Assembly: GCF_000009045.1 (NCBI RefSeq)
Contig: NC_000964.3
Coordinates: forward strand, 496,001 to 560,000
DNA: 64,000 nt
Source: Bacillus subtilis subsp. subtilis str. 168
Lineage (GTDB): Bacteria; Bacillota; Bacilli; Bacillales; Bacillaceae
Direction: 5' to 3'
A program made the translations under genes and the position numbers. Below, piece by piece: positions 10,298-20,240 of this stretch. The notes below the pieces were generated by a model. That model ran no database searches. It was given only the letters and a program-made list of their open reading frames with translations, and was not told where the DNA came from. The number at the start of each line of letters is the position of its first letter. Position 1 is the first letter of the stretch.

Positions 10298-10323
10298 AAA
10301 AAAGAGCCTTACCGGCTCTTTTT
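10296..10323. terminator. Bidirectional terminator between ydbM and fbpB
   Basis: A7-GAGCC-TTACC-GGCTC-T run. Confidence 0.7.
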
Positions 10324-10468
10324 ATGTATTGTTTTGCTCTTGCAGATTTTTTTGATGCTTGCGGTCGATCCTGTCATAAATAACGTTCATCAGCTTTGGA
10401 TTGCCCATAATCGCCTCTTTGTTTTCCTGGATCAGCTGTTGGTAAGTTTTCACTTTACGCTTCGGCAT
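10322..10468 (-). CDS. fbpB: Fur-regulated small basic protein FbpB (48 aa)
   Basis: Below the ORF-track cutoff: MPKRKVKTYQQLIQENKEAIMGNPKLMNVIYDRIDRKHQKNLQEQNNT*. RBS AGGAGG lies inside the fbpA 3' end. Confidence 0.85.
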   Translation of the reverse strand: MPKRKVKTYQQLIQENKEAIMGNPKLMNVIYDRIDRKHQKNLQEQNNT

Positions 10469-10619
10469 GCTCCGGCGCCCTCCTGACATGTTTGTATTCA
10501 CTTTCTAACTCCGTCAGCGACAATTCATACAGATGACGCTTTGACTTTTTGTATATACCATTCTGTATTAACAGATGAATGAGCTGTTTTTTTCTGATTT
10601 CTGCAGACTGAGGTGTCAT
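10455..10619 (-). CDS. fbpA: Fur-regulated small basic protein FbpA (54 aa)
   Basis: MTPQSAEIRKKQLIHLLIQNGIYKKSKRHLYELSLTELESEY...; Fur box upstream. Confidence 0.85.
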   Translation of the reverse strand: MTPQSAEIRKKQLIHLLIQNGIYKKSKRHLYELSLTELESEYKHVRRAPEHAEA

Positions 10620-10648
10620 TGTGTCACCAACCTCCAATCAAACGATAT

Positions 10649-10663
10649 TGATAATCATTATCA
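10649..10663. promoter_or_regulatory. Fur box
   Basis: Perfect 7-1-7 palindrome TGATAAT-C-ATTATCA. Confidence 0.92.
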
Positions 10664-10865
10664 ATTAACTTCAGTATACAATGTCCGCAATAGCCTGTAA
10701 AGATGAAAAGAGTCCTATTCTTGGCCAATTTACAAACATTCAACAAATCGACAAAAAGTTTCCCGGGCAATAATTTGCTGTCGAAATATTCCGCTTCATT
10801 GAACGCACCCTGCTATTTTTCATGTTTTGAACCATACTATGTAATAGAATGGAGGCTGGTATTCA

Positions 10866-11738
10866 ATGGAGCGGACAGAAAATCTGAAAAAGGGAGAAAA
10901 AGGGGCGCTCCTCAATATTTTTGCATATGTCATCCTTGCTGTTGTAAAGCTAGTTATCGGGATTCTATATCATTCTGAAGCGCTGAGAGCAGACGGGTTA
11001 AATAATGGAACAGATATTGTTGCGTCAGTAGCAGTGCTGATAGGATTGCGGATTTCTCAAAGACCGGCTGACAGCGATCATCCATACGGCCATTATCGGG
11101 CTGAAACAATTTCGTCTCTTGTTGCGTCTTTTATTATGATGGCAGTCGGCATTGAAGTGTTAATCGGCGGAGGAAAAGCGATTGCGGGCGGCACAACGGA
11201 AACGCCAAATCTTATCGCGGCATGGACGGCGTTAGGCAGTGCTGTGTTTATGTATGGCATCTATTTATATAACAAAAGGCTGGCAGCGTCCATTAAAAGC
11301 TCTGCCCTGATGGCAGCGGCAAAGGACAGCAGGTCAGACGCTTTTGTAAGTGCCGGCGCGTTTATCGGTGTTTTTTCGTCCCAGCTGAAGCTGCCGTGGG
11401 TTGATCCGGTAACGGCTTTTATCATCGGCATCATCATTTGCAAAACTGCGTGGGATATCTTTAAAGACGCTTCACATTCCTTAACAGACGGCTTCCATTT
11501 AAAAGATCTTGAGCCTTACAAACAGACCGTCGGCAGGATCGAAAATGTGCATCGCCTAAAGGATGTGAAAGCGAGGTATTTAGGCAGTACAGTTCATATC
11601 GAGATGGTGATTACGGTTGATCCGAAGCTTACAGTAGAAGAAGGCCATGGAGTGGCGGATGAAGTAGAAGACAAAATAAAACATGAACACGATGTCACTC
11701 ATGTTCATGTTCATGTAGAGCCTGACGACATAAAATAA
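10866..11738 (+). CDS. mneS: Cation diffusion facilitator (Mn efflux)
   Basis: CDF motifs ALRADG, DHPYGHYRAE and HVHVHVEP; corresponds to ydbO. Confidence 0.85.
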   Translation: MERTENLKKGEKGALLNIFAYVILAVVKLVIGILYHSEALRADGLNNGTDIVASVAVLIGLRISQRPADSDHPYGHYRAETISSLVASFIMMAVGIEVLIGGGKAIAGGTTETPNLIAAWTALGSAVFMYGIYLYNKRLAASIKSSALMAAAKDSRSDAFVSAGAFIGVFSSQLKLPWVDPVTAFIIGIIICKTAWDIFKDASHSLTDGFHLKDLEPYKQTVGRIENVHRLKDVKARYLGSTVHIEMVITVDPKLTVEEGHGVADEVEDKIKHEHDVTHVHVHVEPDDIK

Positions 11739-11752
11739 GGCTGTTTAACGAA

Positions 11753-12073
11753 TTAGCTTATATGTTCAGATAAAAATTCAGTCACTTCTTCAGGCGTTTT
11801 GGCATTGGCGCTGTGAAGGTGAGCTGTTTTTTCACCGTTCTTGAAAATAAGCAGGCTGGGAATGCCCATTACTTGGTATTTTTCAGCCAGGTCAGGAAGC
11901 TCGTCCTTATTCAGCTCATACCAGTCGTTTTGGTTGTATTCTTCCAAAATATCGCCGATGAACATATTCATGCGTGTGCAGTCTGGGCACCAATCAGCAT
12001 AAAACTTTACAATGATTTCTTTATCAGATTGAATCAGTTCATTAAATTGTTCGTTTGTTGTGATTTTTTTCAT
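11753..12073 (-). CDS. ydbP: Thioredoxin-like protein
   Basis: WCPDC active site. Confidence 0.9.
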   Translation of the reverse strand: MKKITTNEQFNELIQSDKEIIVKFYADWCPDCTRMNMFIGDILEEYNQNDWYELNKDELPDLAEKYQVMGIPSLLIFKNGEKTAHLHSANAKTPEEVTEFLSEHIS

Positions 12074-12226
12074 ATGTCACATCTCCTTTTCAATGCCATT
12101 TTAATATAAAATAAAAAGGAATTACATACAAATGCATTCAACATCAGCATGCCCAAAAATAATTAGATCATTTTCCGGTGAAAATGATAAGATAGTAAAG
12201 ATGAATTGTAGTGGGGGGAGTATCCA

Positions 12227-13312
12227 TTGAAAACAAGTCTAGGATTAGTGTACGGAGGAAAGTCGGCAGAACATAATGTTTCCCTGCAGACAGCTCTGGC
12301 TGTAATCAAAGCGCTAAATACTGAGAAGTTTGATATACATCCGATTTATATAACAGAAAAAGGCGAATGGGTTAGAGGCGCCCGTTTAACTGAACCTGTT
12401 TCAAACGTGAAAATGCTTCAATTTGAGCAAGGAGGCAGTGCTTTTTCTCCAGCTGCCCTGAACCAGGAGATGTTTCCGCAGGAAGCGTCACAGCAAAATG
12501 AAGCCATCGACGTCGTATTCCCGCTCCTCCACGGACCGAACGGAGAAGACGGTACGATCCAGGGAATGCTCGAGCTGTTGAACATTCCTTATGTCGGCAA
12601 CGGAGTGCTTGCTTCCTCAGCTGGCATGGATAAAGTTGTCATGAAACATTTATTTGCGCAGGTTGGCCTTGCTCAGGCTAAATACGCAGCTTTCCTTAAG
12701 AAAGACTGGACTCGTTCTCCGAAAGAAAGCTGTGAGGAGGTTGAACAGGAATTAGGCTACCCTTGCTTCGTAAAACCGGCGAACCTCGGCTCAAGTGTCG
12801 GAATCAGCAAATGCCGAAACCGTGAAGAACTGCAAAAAGCGTTTGAGCTTGCTTTCCAATATGACCGCAAAGTCGTCGTTGAAGAAGGAATTAACGGCCG
12901 CGAGATCGAAATCGGCGTTCTTGGAAATGATGATCCTAAATGCTCTGTTGTGGGAGAAATCGCACCGAAGACAGATTTCTACGATTACAAAGCGAAATAT
13001 GAGGATGGAGATACTGATCTGATGATTCCGGCGATTGTGACTGATGAGGAATACGCAACAATCAGTGATATGGCGATCAAAGCGTTTAAAGCGATCGACG
13101 GTTCAGGACTCGTCAGAGCGGACTTTTTCCTGACAGCTGACGGCGAAGTTCTGATCAATGAAGTCAACACAATGCCTGGCTTTACACCTTTCAGCATGTT
13201 CCCGTTGCTCTGGAAAGAAGCCGGAGTGGAATATGCTGACCTGATTGAACAGCTTGTGGAGCTTGCAAAAGAACGCCACGCTGAAAAACAATTGATTAAG
13301 CATACATTCTAA
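12227..13312 (+). CDS. ddl: D-alanine--D-alanine ligase
   Basis: [23 protein letters not shown] and NEVNTMPG motifs. Confidence 0.97.
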
Positions 13313-13383
13313 TGAAGAAGGACACTGCCGGTAAAAGGGCAGTGTTTTTTCCCGTATATACAAAAGAAAGAGAGGGACCTTAC

Positions 13384-14757
13384 TTGATTAAGCGAACAGT
13401 AAAAAACATTGCCGAAATGGTTAAAGGCACACTAGCAAATCCGCAATATGAACAAACAGTCATTCATGGAGTGGCAACCGATACAAGAAAACTGGAACAA
13501 CATCAGCTCTTTATTCCGCTGAAAGGGGAACGTTTTGACGGCCACTCTTTTGTGGAGCAGGCCTTTGAAGCTGGTGTAGCGGCTGTTCTTTGGGATCGGT
13601 CAGTACCAAATCCGCCCGAGAATCACGCCGTCATTTTAGTGGACGATACCCTTACTGCACTTCAGCAGCTTGCAAAAGCTTATTTGCAGGAGCTTGGCAC
13701 GCGTGTCATCGGAGTAACCGGAAGCAATGGCAAAACGACAACAAAAGATATGATTCACGCCGTATTGGGGACCCAGTACCGTGTCCACAAAACTGGAGGA
13801 AACTTCAATAATCATATCGGTTTGCCGCTGACGGTTTTAGCGATGCCTGAAAATACGGAGATCGCCGTATTGGAGATGGGAATGAGCGCCAAAGGAGAAA
13901 TTGACCTCTTGAGCCGACTGGCAAACCCGGATGCGGCAGTGATTACGAATATCGGCGAATCGCATATGCAAGACCTCGGCTCTAGAGAGGGCATCGCGGA
14001 GGCGAAGCTTGAAATCATAAACGGGCTTAAAGAAGACGGAGTGCTGATTTATATCGGGGACGAACCGCTTCTTCAAAATGCATACAGCTGCCAGACGAAA
14101 ACGTACGGTACGGGAACGCATAATGATTATCAGCTTCAGGATGTCAGCCAGAGTGAGGAAGGAACCCATTTTACAATCAAAGGGATAGAAAACACGTTTT
14201 TTATTCCAATACTCGGCAAGCACAATGTGATGAACGCCATGGCTGCAATTGCTGCAGGGGCTTATTTTGGCATCGCGCCTGAGGATGCGGCAAAAGGACT
14301 GAGCGGCCTAAAGGTAACCGGGATGAGGCTTGAACTCATCAAAACAGACAGCGGCCTTTCGATAATCAATGACGCTTATAATGCGAGCCCGACTTCCATG
14401 AAAGCTGCAATTCAATTGACAGAAAGCCTTGAAGGCTACGGCAAAAAAATGCTCGTGCTCGGTGATATGCTTGAACTCGGCGATCTTGAAGAAACGTTCC
14501 ATAAAGAGTGCGGCGCTGTGATCAGCCCTGATAAAATTGACCGCGTCTTTACGTACGGAAAACTGGGAGCTTTTATCGCGGAAGGCGCCCTGAAACACTT
14601 TGAGAAAGACCGCGTCAGCCATTACACTGAGAAAAAAGATCTCCTTCAAGCTGTGAAGGAAAACGCATCAAAAGGCGATTTGATTTTATTCAAAGCGTCC
14701 AGAGGTATGAAGCTTGAAGAAATCGTTAAAGATTTAATAGAGAGCCCGCTTTCATAA
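13384..14757 (+). CDS. murF: UDP-N-acetylmuramoyl-tripeptide--D-Ala-D-Ala ligase
   Basis: TGSNGKTTTK and NDAYNASP motifs; TTG start after a GAGGG RBS. Confidence 0.96.
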   Translation: MIKRTVKNIAEMVKGTLANPQYEQTVIHGVATDTRKLEQHQLFIPLKGERFDGHSFVEQAFEAGVAAVLWDRSVPNPPENHAVILVDDTLTALQQLAKAYLQELGTRVIGVTGSNGKTTTKDMIHAVLGTQYRVHKTGGNFNNHIGLPLTVLAMPENTEIAVLEMGMSAKGEIDLLSRLANPDAAVITNIGESHMQDLGSREGIAEAKLEIINGLKEDGVLIYIGDEPLLQNAYSCQTKTYGTGTHNDYQLQDVSQSEEGTHFTIKGIENTFFIPILGKHNVMNAMAAIAAGAYFGIAPEDAAKGLSGLKVTGMRLELIKTDSGLSIINDAYNASPTSMKAAIQLTESLEGYGKKMLVLGDMLELGDLEETFHKECGAVISPDKIDRVFTYGKLGAFIAEGALKHFEKDRVSHYTEKKDLLQAVKENASKGDLILFKASRGMKLEEIVKDLIESPLS

Positions 14758-15156
14758 GAAAATATTTTGCGAAAAAACGCATATTGCATCATAAAATAAC
14801 CTGATATGCAAACACTAATGTATGCCGGCCGAAAATTATGTATATCTGGCCGGCTGCGGCTATGATACAATATATATAGGTTATTTCGCGATACGAACAT
14901 ATTCGTCCGGACTTTTCATCGTGACCCGAAGTTCTCCGCTGGATTCTTGGGAGCGGATGGAGCAGCAGCCGGCATATTCGAGATGCCGATCTGCTTCTCA
15001 TCTTATTGAAAAACAAATAGTGTAATGGTAAGATAAAACTTAAAGTAATTCGGGCTTTGTATACGGATGGATCCTGTCCTTCTTGTCTAAAGGGCAGTTT
15101 TATAAGTGGTAAATCACGACATTACTGAAACAGCAATTAGAAGGAGTTTGAATAAT

Positions 15157-16641
15157 TTGACTATAACGTTTCAAGATTTTAATTTAAGTTCTGATCTCAT
15201 GAAAGCAATTAATCGTATGGGATTTGAAGAAGCAACACCGATTCAGGCACAAACGATACCGCTCGGACTTTCAAATAAAGACGTCATTGGACAAGCGCAA
15301 ACAGGTACAGGTAAAACAGCTGCGTTTGGTATACCCCTTGTTGAAAAAATTAACCCCGAGTCTCCTAATATTCAAGCAATCGTAATCGCGCCAACCCGTG
15401 AATTAGCCATTCAAGTATCTGAAGAATTGTATAAAATCGGACAAGATAAACGTGCGAAGGTTCTTCCTATTTACGGCGGACAGGATATTGGACGGCAAAT
15501 CCGGGCGTTAAAGAAGAATCCGAATATTATTGTCGGAACACCTGGACGTCTTCTTGACCACATCAACCGCCGCACCATTCGTTTAAACAATGTAAATACC
15601 GTTGTAATGGATGAAGCGGATGAAATGCTGAACATGGGATTCATTGACGATATTGAATCTATCCTTTCAAACGTGCCAAGCGAGCATCAGACACTTCTGT
15701 TCTCTGCCACAATGCCTGCGCCGATCAAACGCATTGCAGAGCGCTTCATGACTGAGCCGGAACACGTAAAAGTAAAAGCGAAAGAAATGACGGTTTCTAA
15801 CATTCAGCAGTTCTATTTGGAAGTGCAAGAACGTAAAAAATTCGATACACTGACTCGCCTTCTTGATATTCAGTCTCCTGAGCTTGCGATCGTATTCGGA
15901 CGTACAAAACGCCGTGTCGATGAGCTGGCTGAAGCTCTGAACCTTCGCGGATATGCAGCTGAAGGTATTCACGGTGACTTAACGCAGGCGAAACGTATGG
16001 TTGCGCTTCGTAAATTTAAAGAAGGCGCAATCGAAGTTCTAGTCGCAACTGATGTTGCCGCTCGCGGACTTGATATCTCAGGTGTTACACACGTATACAA
16101 CTTCGACGTGCCTCAAGATCCTGAAAGCTACGTTCACCGTATCGGAAGAACGGGCCGTGCAGGAAAAACAGGTATGGCGATGACGTTCATTACACCGCGT
16201 GAGAAAAGCATGCTTCGCGCAATTGAACAAACAACAAAACGCAAAATGGACCGCATGAAGGAGCCTACACTTGATGAAGCGTTAGAAGGTCAGCAACAGG
16301 TTACTGTTGAACGTCTTCGCACAACAATCAGTGAAAACAACCTGAACTTCTACATGACAGCGGCAGCTGAGCTGCTTGAAGATCATGATGCAGTAACAGT
16401 GGTTGCGGCGGCTATCAAAATGGCTACAAAAGAGCCAGACGACACACCGGTTCGCTTAACAGACGAAGCGCCGATGGTCAGCAAACGCTACAAGAACCAG
16501 CGCTCTTCTAAACGCAGAGACGGTCAAGGCGGCGGCTACCGCGGCGGAAAAGGGAAAAGCAACAACCGTTCTTCCTATGACAAAAAGCGTTCAAACGATC
16601 GCCGTTCTTCAGGTGACAGACGCCAGAAAAAATCTTACTAA
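15157..16641 (+). CDS. cshA: DEAD-box RNA helicase
   Basis: [21 protein letters not shown] and HRIGRTGR motifs; TTG start after an AAGGAG RBS. Confidence 0.97.
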   Translation: MTITFQDFNLSSDLMKAINRMGFEEATPIQAQTIPLGLSNKDVIGQAQTGTGKTAAFGIPLVEKINPESPNIQAIVIAPTRELAIQVSEELYKIGQDKRAKVLPIYGGQDIGRQIRALKKNPNIIVGTPGRLLDHINRRTIRLNNVNTVVMDEADEMLNMGFIDDIESILSNVPSEHQTLLFSATMPAPIKRIAERFMTEPEHVKVKAKEMTVSNIQQFYLEVQERKKFDTLTRLLDIQSPELAIVFGRTKRRVDELAEALNLRGYAAEGIHGDLTQAKRMVALRKFKEGAIEVLVATDVAARGLDISGVTHVYNFDVPQDPESYVHRIGRTGRAGKTGMAMTFITPREKSMLRAIEQTTKRKMDRMKEPTLDEALEGQQQVTVERLRTTISENNLNFYMTAAAELLEDHDAVTVVAAAIKMATKEPDDTPVRLTDEAPMVSKRYKNQRSSKRRDGQGGGYRGGKGKSNNRSSYDKKRSNDRRSSGDRRQKKSY

Positions 16642-16655
16642 TTTGATCGATTCAG

Positions 16656-16685
16656 AGCCCAAAACATGATGTTTTGGGCTTTTTT
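16656..16685 (+). terminator. Intrinsic terminator after cshA
   Basis: AGCCCAAAACAT-G-ATGTTTTGGGCT followed by a T run. Confidence 0.85.
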
Positions 16686-16753
16686 ATGTTCGTGATTTGT
16701 TATTCAGCAAACTTTCAGCTGACGGAAGCCATTTTTCTCTGTATGCTTAAGAA

Positions 16754-16779
16754 TGAAACCTTTCTGTAAAAGAGACGTA
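16754..16779 (+). promoter_or_regulatory. sigmaW promoter of ydbST
   Basis: TGAAAC-N16-CGTA, an exact sigmaW consensus. Confidence 0.85.
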
Positions 16780-16813
16780 TAAATAACGACGAAAAAAAGG
16801 GAGGTAGGTATTT

Positions 16814-17293
16814 TTGAGAGAGCAGCCAAAAAACCAAATCAGTCCAGACGGATTAAAGGTTTGGCGACTTCAAGAGATCATCATATCCGCTGTTTGCTTG
16901 CTTATTGTCATTGCAGTTGCAGTGTTAAGCTATTATTTTCATTGGCCGTACTGGATCAGCGGCGTGCTCGGCGCTGTTTGGCTGCTGGGATCGATTGTGA
17001 CGGTCTTTATCATTCCGAAGGTCCGTCATAAGGTGTGGCGATATGAAGTCCATGAACATGAAATAGATATTCAGTCAGGTATTTTTGTGGTGACACGTGT
17101 GATTGTTCCGATGGTCAGAGTTCAGCACGTCGATACGTCACAAGGGCCATTATTAAAAAAATACAACCTGGCAACGGTGAAAATTTCCACAGCCGCGACC
17201 GTTCATTCGATCCCCGCTTTAGAGATGGAGGAAGCGGATCGGCTAAGAGACTCCATTTCCCGTCTGGCGAGGGTGACTGACGATGATGTCTGA
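16814..17293 (+). CDS. ydbS: Membrane protein with a bacterial PH (bPH_2) domain
   Basis: Two TM segments plus VPMVRVQHVDTSQGP. Confidence 0.88.
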   Translation: MREQPKNQISPDGLKVWRLQEIIISAVCLLIVIAVAVLSYYFHWPYWISGVLGAVWLLGSIVTVFIIPKVRHKVWRYEVHEHEIDIQSGIFVVTRVIVPMVRVQHVDTSQGPLLKKYNLATVKISTAATVHSIPALEMEEADRLRDSISRLARVTDDDV

Positions 17294-18764
17294 ACCGAAA
17301 CGCCTGCACCCGGTGGCAGTCATTTTGAATTTATGCCATACCATTATTCAAACGATAAAAAATATCATTCTGCCATTCTTTTTTGTGTATATTGTCAATT
17401 CAAACCATACTGTCCGTTTTTACGGAGCCATTGCGCTCGGTGTGCTGTTCATCTGGCTTGTAGCGGCAAGCATTATCAAATGGAGAAGGTTTACCTATCG
17501 AATTGAAGATGATGAATTTAGAATTGAAGAAGGCTTATTTGTTACGAAAAAACGATACATATCGATTGATCGGATTCAAACAATGAATACGAGCGCGGGC
17601 CTTGTCCAGCAAATCTTTAAGCTTGTGAAGCTGCAAATTGAAACAGCAGGCGGAGGCAAGGAGGCAGAAGCCGTTCTTTCTGCTATTTCTGTTGAAGAAG
17701 CGGAACGCATCAAAGAAGCTGTCTTTAAGAAAAAAGCGCAAAGACGAGAAAATGAACTTGATGAAGAACGGCTTGAAGCTGAAGAGGAGTTGGATCCGTC
17801 CGTTGAGGTGCAAGAGCACTATCGCATGAACGCGAAAGAATTGCTCATGGCCGCTTCTACCTCCGGCGGAATCGGAGTCATTATCTCCGCTGTATTTGCA
17901 CTTATTTCCCAGCTTGATGAAGTGCTGCCGATGGATTGGTTATTCGATAAATTTTCCTTCCTTCAGCACGCCAGCATCGGTATTTATGCGGTACTCATTT
18001 TTATCGGTTTATTTATCGCCTGGATTTTCAGCATCGCGGGCATGATGTTTAGATACGCGAACTTTCAAATCATAAAAAAAGAGCAGGAACTGGTGATTTC
18101 AAGGGGAATTATTGAAAAACATCAAGTCACGATTCCGCTGCGAAAAATACAAGCCATTAAAATCAAAGAAAATATCATTCGCCAGCTTTTCGGCTTTGTA
18201 ACGGTGTCCATCGTCAGCGCAGGAGGCGGCGACCGGGAAAAAGAAGAAGGCGCTTTGACCATTCTCTTTCCAATGATTCATAAAAAAAAGCTTCCGCACA
18301 TGCTCCGAACATTTACGCCGGAATACACGCTGGAAGAAAACTGCCGCCGCCTGCCGCGGCGCGCGTTGAAACGCTATTTGTTCCGTTCTGTCATTTTTTC
18401 ACTCTTTTTGATCATCCCGTTATGTATCTTCTTTCAGCCATGGGGCTATCTGTCAGTGATCCTGCTGCCGATAGAATTGCTCTTCGGCTATCTCGCGTAT
18501 AAAGAGGCTGCATGGACGATCAACGGGGACCGTCTTCAGCTGACGTCTAGATTTATAGGCAGAACAACCGCCATTGTACTGAAAAAACGAATGCAGGTCT
18601 GCAAGTTCAGCCAATCCTATTTCCAAAAGAAAGGCCGCTTGTATACCATTTCTACTTCGGTGAAATCATCGAGCCATATGGAAGAGTTAACGGTGAGGGA
18701 CGTAGGTGAAGAGGATGCAGCCTTCATTTTAAAGTGGTACTCATATGAAAAAGCGGACGGTTAA
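17283..18764 (+). CDS. ydbT: Membrane protein with three bPH_2 domains
   Basis: Repeated RIQT / KIQAI motifs; overlaps ydbS. Confidence 0.88.
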   Translation: MMSEPKRLHPVAVILNLCHTIIQTIKNIILPFFFVYIVNSNHTVRFYGAIALGVLFIWLVAASIIKWRRFTYRIEDDEFRIEEGLFVTKKRYISIDRIQTMNTSAGLVQQIFKLVKLQIETAGGGKEAEAVLSAISVEEAERIKEAVFKKKAQRRENELDEERLEAEEELDPSVEVQEHYRMNAKELLMAASTSGGIGVIISAVFALISQLDEVLPMDWLFDKFSFLQHASIGIYAVLIFIGLFIAWIFSIAGMMFRYANFQIIKKEQELVISRGIIEKHQVTIPLRKIQAIKIKENIIRQLFGFVTVSIVSAGGGDREKEEGALTILFPMIHKKKLPHMLRTFTPEYTLEENCRRLPRRALKRYLFRSVIFSLFLIIPLCIFFQPWGYLSVILLPIELLFGYLAYKEAAWTINGDRLQLTSRFIGRTTAIVLKKRMQVCKFSQSYFQKKGRLYTISTSVKSSSHMEELTVRDVGEEDAAFILKWYSYEKADG

Positions 18765-18775
18765 TACCGCCGCTC

Positions 18776-18998
18776 CAGCGTGTCGGCAAACCCTCGCATT
18801 CGTTGTCAGGACTGCGCTTCGGTGCTCAATGCGAAGTGGATCAACGGCTAAATTCTCAGGCGTCCTGCCTAAACGCCGTCGTCATCACATCCTGTGAAAG
18901 TCCGCTCCTATGCTCGTCCTTCCTAGACTTCATGGGTTTTCAATCACGCTGAAAAGATGACAAAATCCTAAAATGAAAACCATTTTAGGATTTTGTCA
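18776..18998. repeat. MITE-like / interspersed repeat insert between duplicated terminator sequences
   Basis: CAGCGTG (18776-18782)...CACGCTG (18945-18951) terminal inverted repeats, an 18-bp perfect hairpin at 18958-18998, and flanking near-identical 24/25-bp direct repeats at 18751-18775 and 19007-19030. Confidence 0.65.
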
Positions 18999-19015
18999 AC
19001 AATCTGAAGCGGCGG

Positions 19016-19615
19016 TTAATACCGCCGCTCTTTTTTTTGCACGCATAAAAACGAAAGAAGAAACCCGCCGCATAGTCCAAACAAATGGGCCATCATGTTA
19101 ATATTGGAGTTGATAAACGACATGAGAACGGCAAATGCGAGCAGTGTGATGATCATTTTGGAATGCTCCTGCCCAATTAACTCATTGCGAAAAAGAACCA
19201 TAAACAGGTATACGCCAAATAGCCCGAAAATGGCGCCTGAAGCCCCGACATGCACGTAATCAAGCGGCTCTGTAACATAAGTGCCGATATTGCCGATGAT
19301 GCCGGAGCCGGCGTATACAAGAAGGAAACGCGCTTTTCCCAGCATGCGTTCCAAAGCCGGGGCAAATAAAAAGATGGACATGGAATTAAACAGCAGATGT
19401 GTGAAACCGGCGTGCAGCAAAATCGGTGTGATAAGCCGCCACCATTCACCGTTTGCGACACCTAGATTATAGCCTGTGACGGTATCCCTCCATAACACGA
19501 CTGAATGGGCAGGAAGTGAAAAAAACAGCCAGAGAACAGCTTGCAAAGCCAATATAAAGGTGACAACGGGGTAAAGCCTGATAAATGTTTGAAAATTTTC
19601 AGTCCGTATAAACAT
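19016..19615 (-). CDS. ydcA: Rhomboid intramembrane serine protease
   Basis: WRL, HLLFN, GASG and AHLFG rhomboid motifs. Confidence 0.93.
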   Translation of the reverse strand: MFIRTENFQTFIRLYPVVTFILALQAVLWLFFSLPAHSVVLWRDTVTGYNLGVANGEWWRLITPILLHAGFTHLLFNSMSIFLFAPALERMLGKARFLLVYAGSGIIGNIGTYVTEPLDYVHVGASGAIFGLFGVYLFMVLFRNELIGQEHSKMIITLLAFAVLMSFINSNINMMAHLFGLCGGFLLSFLCVQKKERRY

Positions 19616-19709
19616 TCCGAGCCCCTTTTCTTCATTTTGGTATATCTATAGTAACACGTTTATGAGACAAACCATTTAAATAGTACGTACGCAAAGGAGG
19701 TTATCATAC

Positions 19710-20075
19710 ATGATTTACGGCATTGGGCTGGACATTACCGAGCTTAAACGGATCGCCTCTATGGCTGGGCGCCAGAAAAGGTTTGCCGAGCGGATTTTGA
19801 CGCGAAGCGAGCTTGACCAATACTATGAGCTTTCAGAGAAAAGAAAAAACGAATTTCTCGCGGGCAGATTCGCGGCAAAAGAAGCGTTCTCGAAAGCATT
19901 TGGCACCGGCATTGGGAGGCAGCTCAGCTTTCAGGACATTGAAATTAGGAAAGACCAAAATGGCAAGCCCTATATCATTTGTACGAAACTGAGCCAGGCC
20001 GCCGTTCACGTATCGATCACTCATACAAAAGAATACGCTGCCGCGCAGGTTGTGATTGAAAGGTTGTCAAGCTAG
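19710..20075 (+). CDS. acpS: Holo-[acyl-carrier-protein] synthase
   Basis: GIGLDI and FAAKEAFSKA motifs. Confidence 0.97.
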   Translation: MIYGIGLDITELKRIASMAGRQKRFAERILTRSELDQYYELSEKRKNEFLAGRFAAKEAFSKAFGTGIGRQLSFQDIEIRKDQNGKPYIICTKLSQAAVHVSITHTKEYAAAQVVIERLSS

Positions 20076-20078
20076 TCT

Positions 20079-20107
20079 GCATATTAGGGAAACCCCACTC
20101 ATATATT
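20079..20107 (+). promoter_or_regulatory. Probable sigmaE promoter of ydcC
   Basis: GCATATT-N14-CATATATT matches the sigmaE consensus. Confidence 0.7.
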
Positions 20108-20240
20108 TGATAGTGCATTAAGGGAGACAAGTTGTTTGAGGCTTTTATGGTACGCATCTGTTCTGCCTAAACGTGTACCGAGCGTACCGTTAAAGTCAAA
20201 CAAGCGATTTCTTCCTTTTACATCAATTGAGAAAAAGGGG

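Noticed and set aside
10755-10790. Possible MntR box upstream of mneS (AAGTTTCC...GCAATAATT)
   Set aside because: The half-site spacing does not match the consensus I recall, so I could not place a site reliably.
14822-15025. 67-aa ORF upstream of cshA
   Set aside because: It starts upstream of the predicted promoter, has no RBS and shows no protein-like motifs; the region is better explained as promoter plus leader.
20136-20240. N-terminal extensions in the ORF track for ydcC (also murF 13312, cshA 15106, rsbU 24995, conB 40961)
   Set aside because: Downstream starts have proper RBSs and give the expected signal peptides or domain boundaries.
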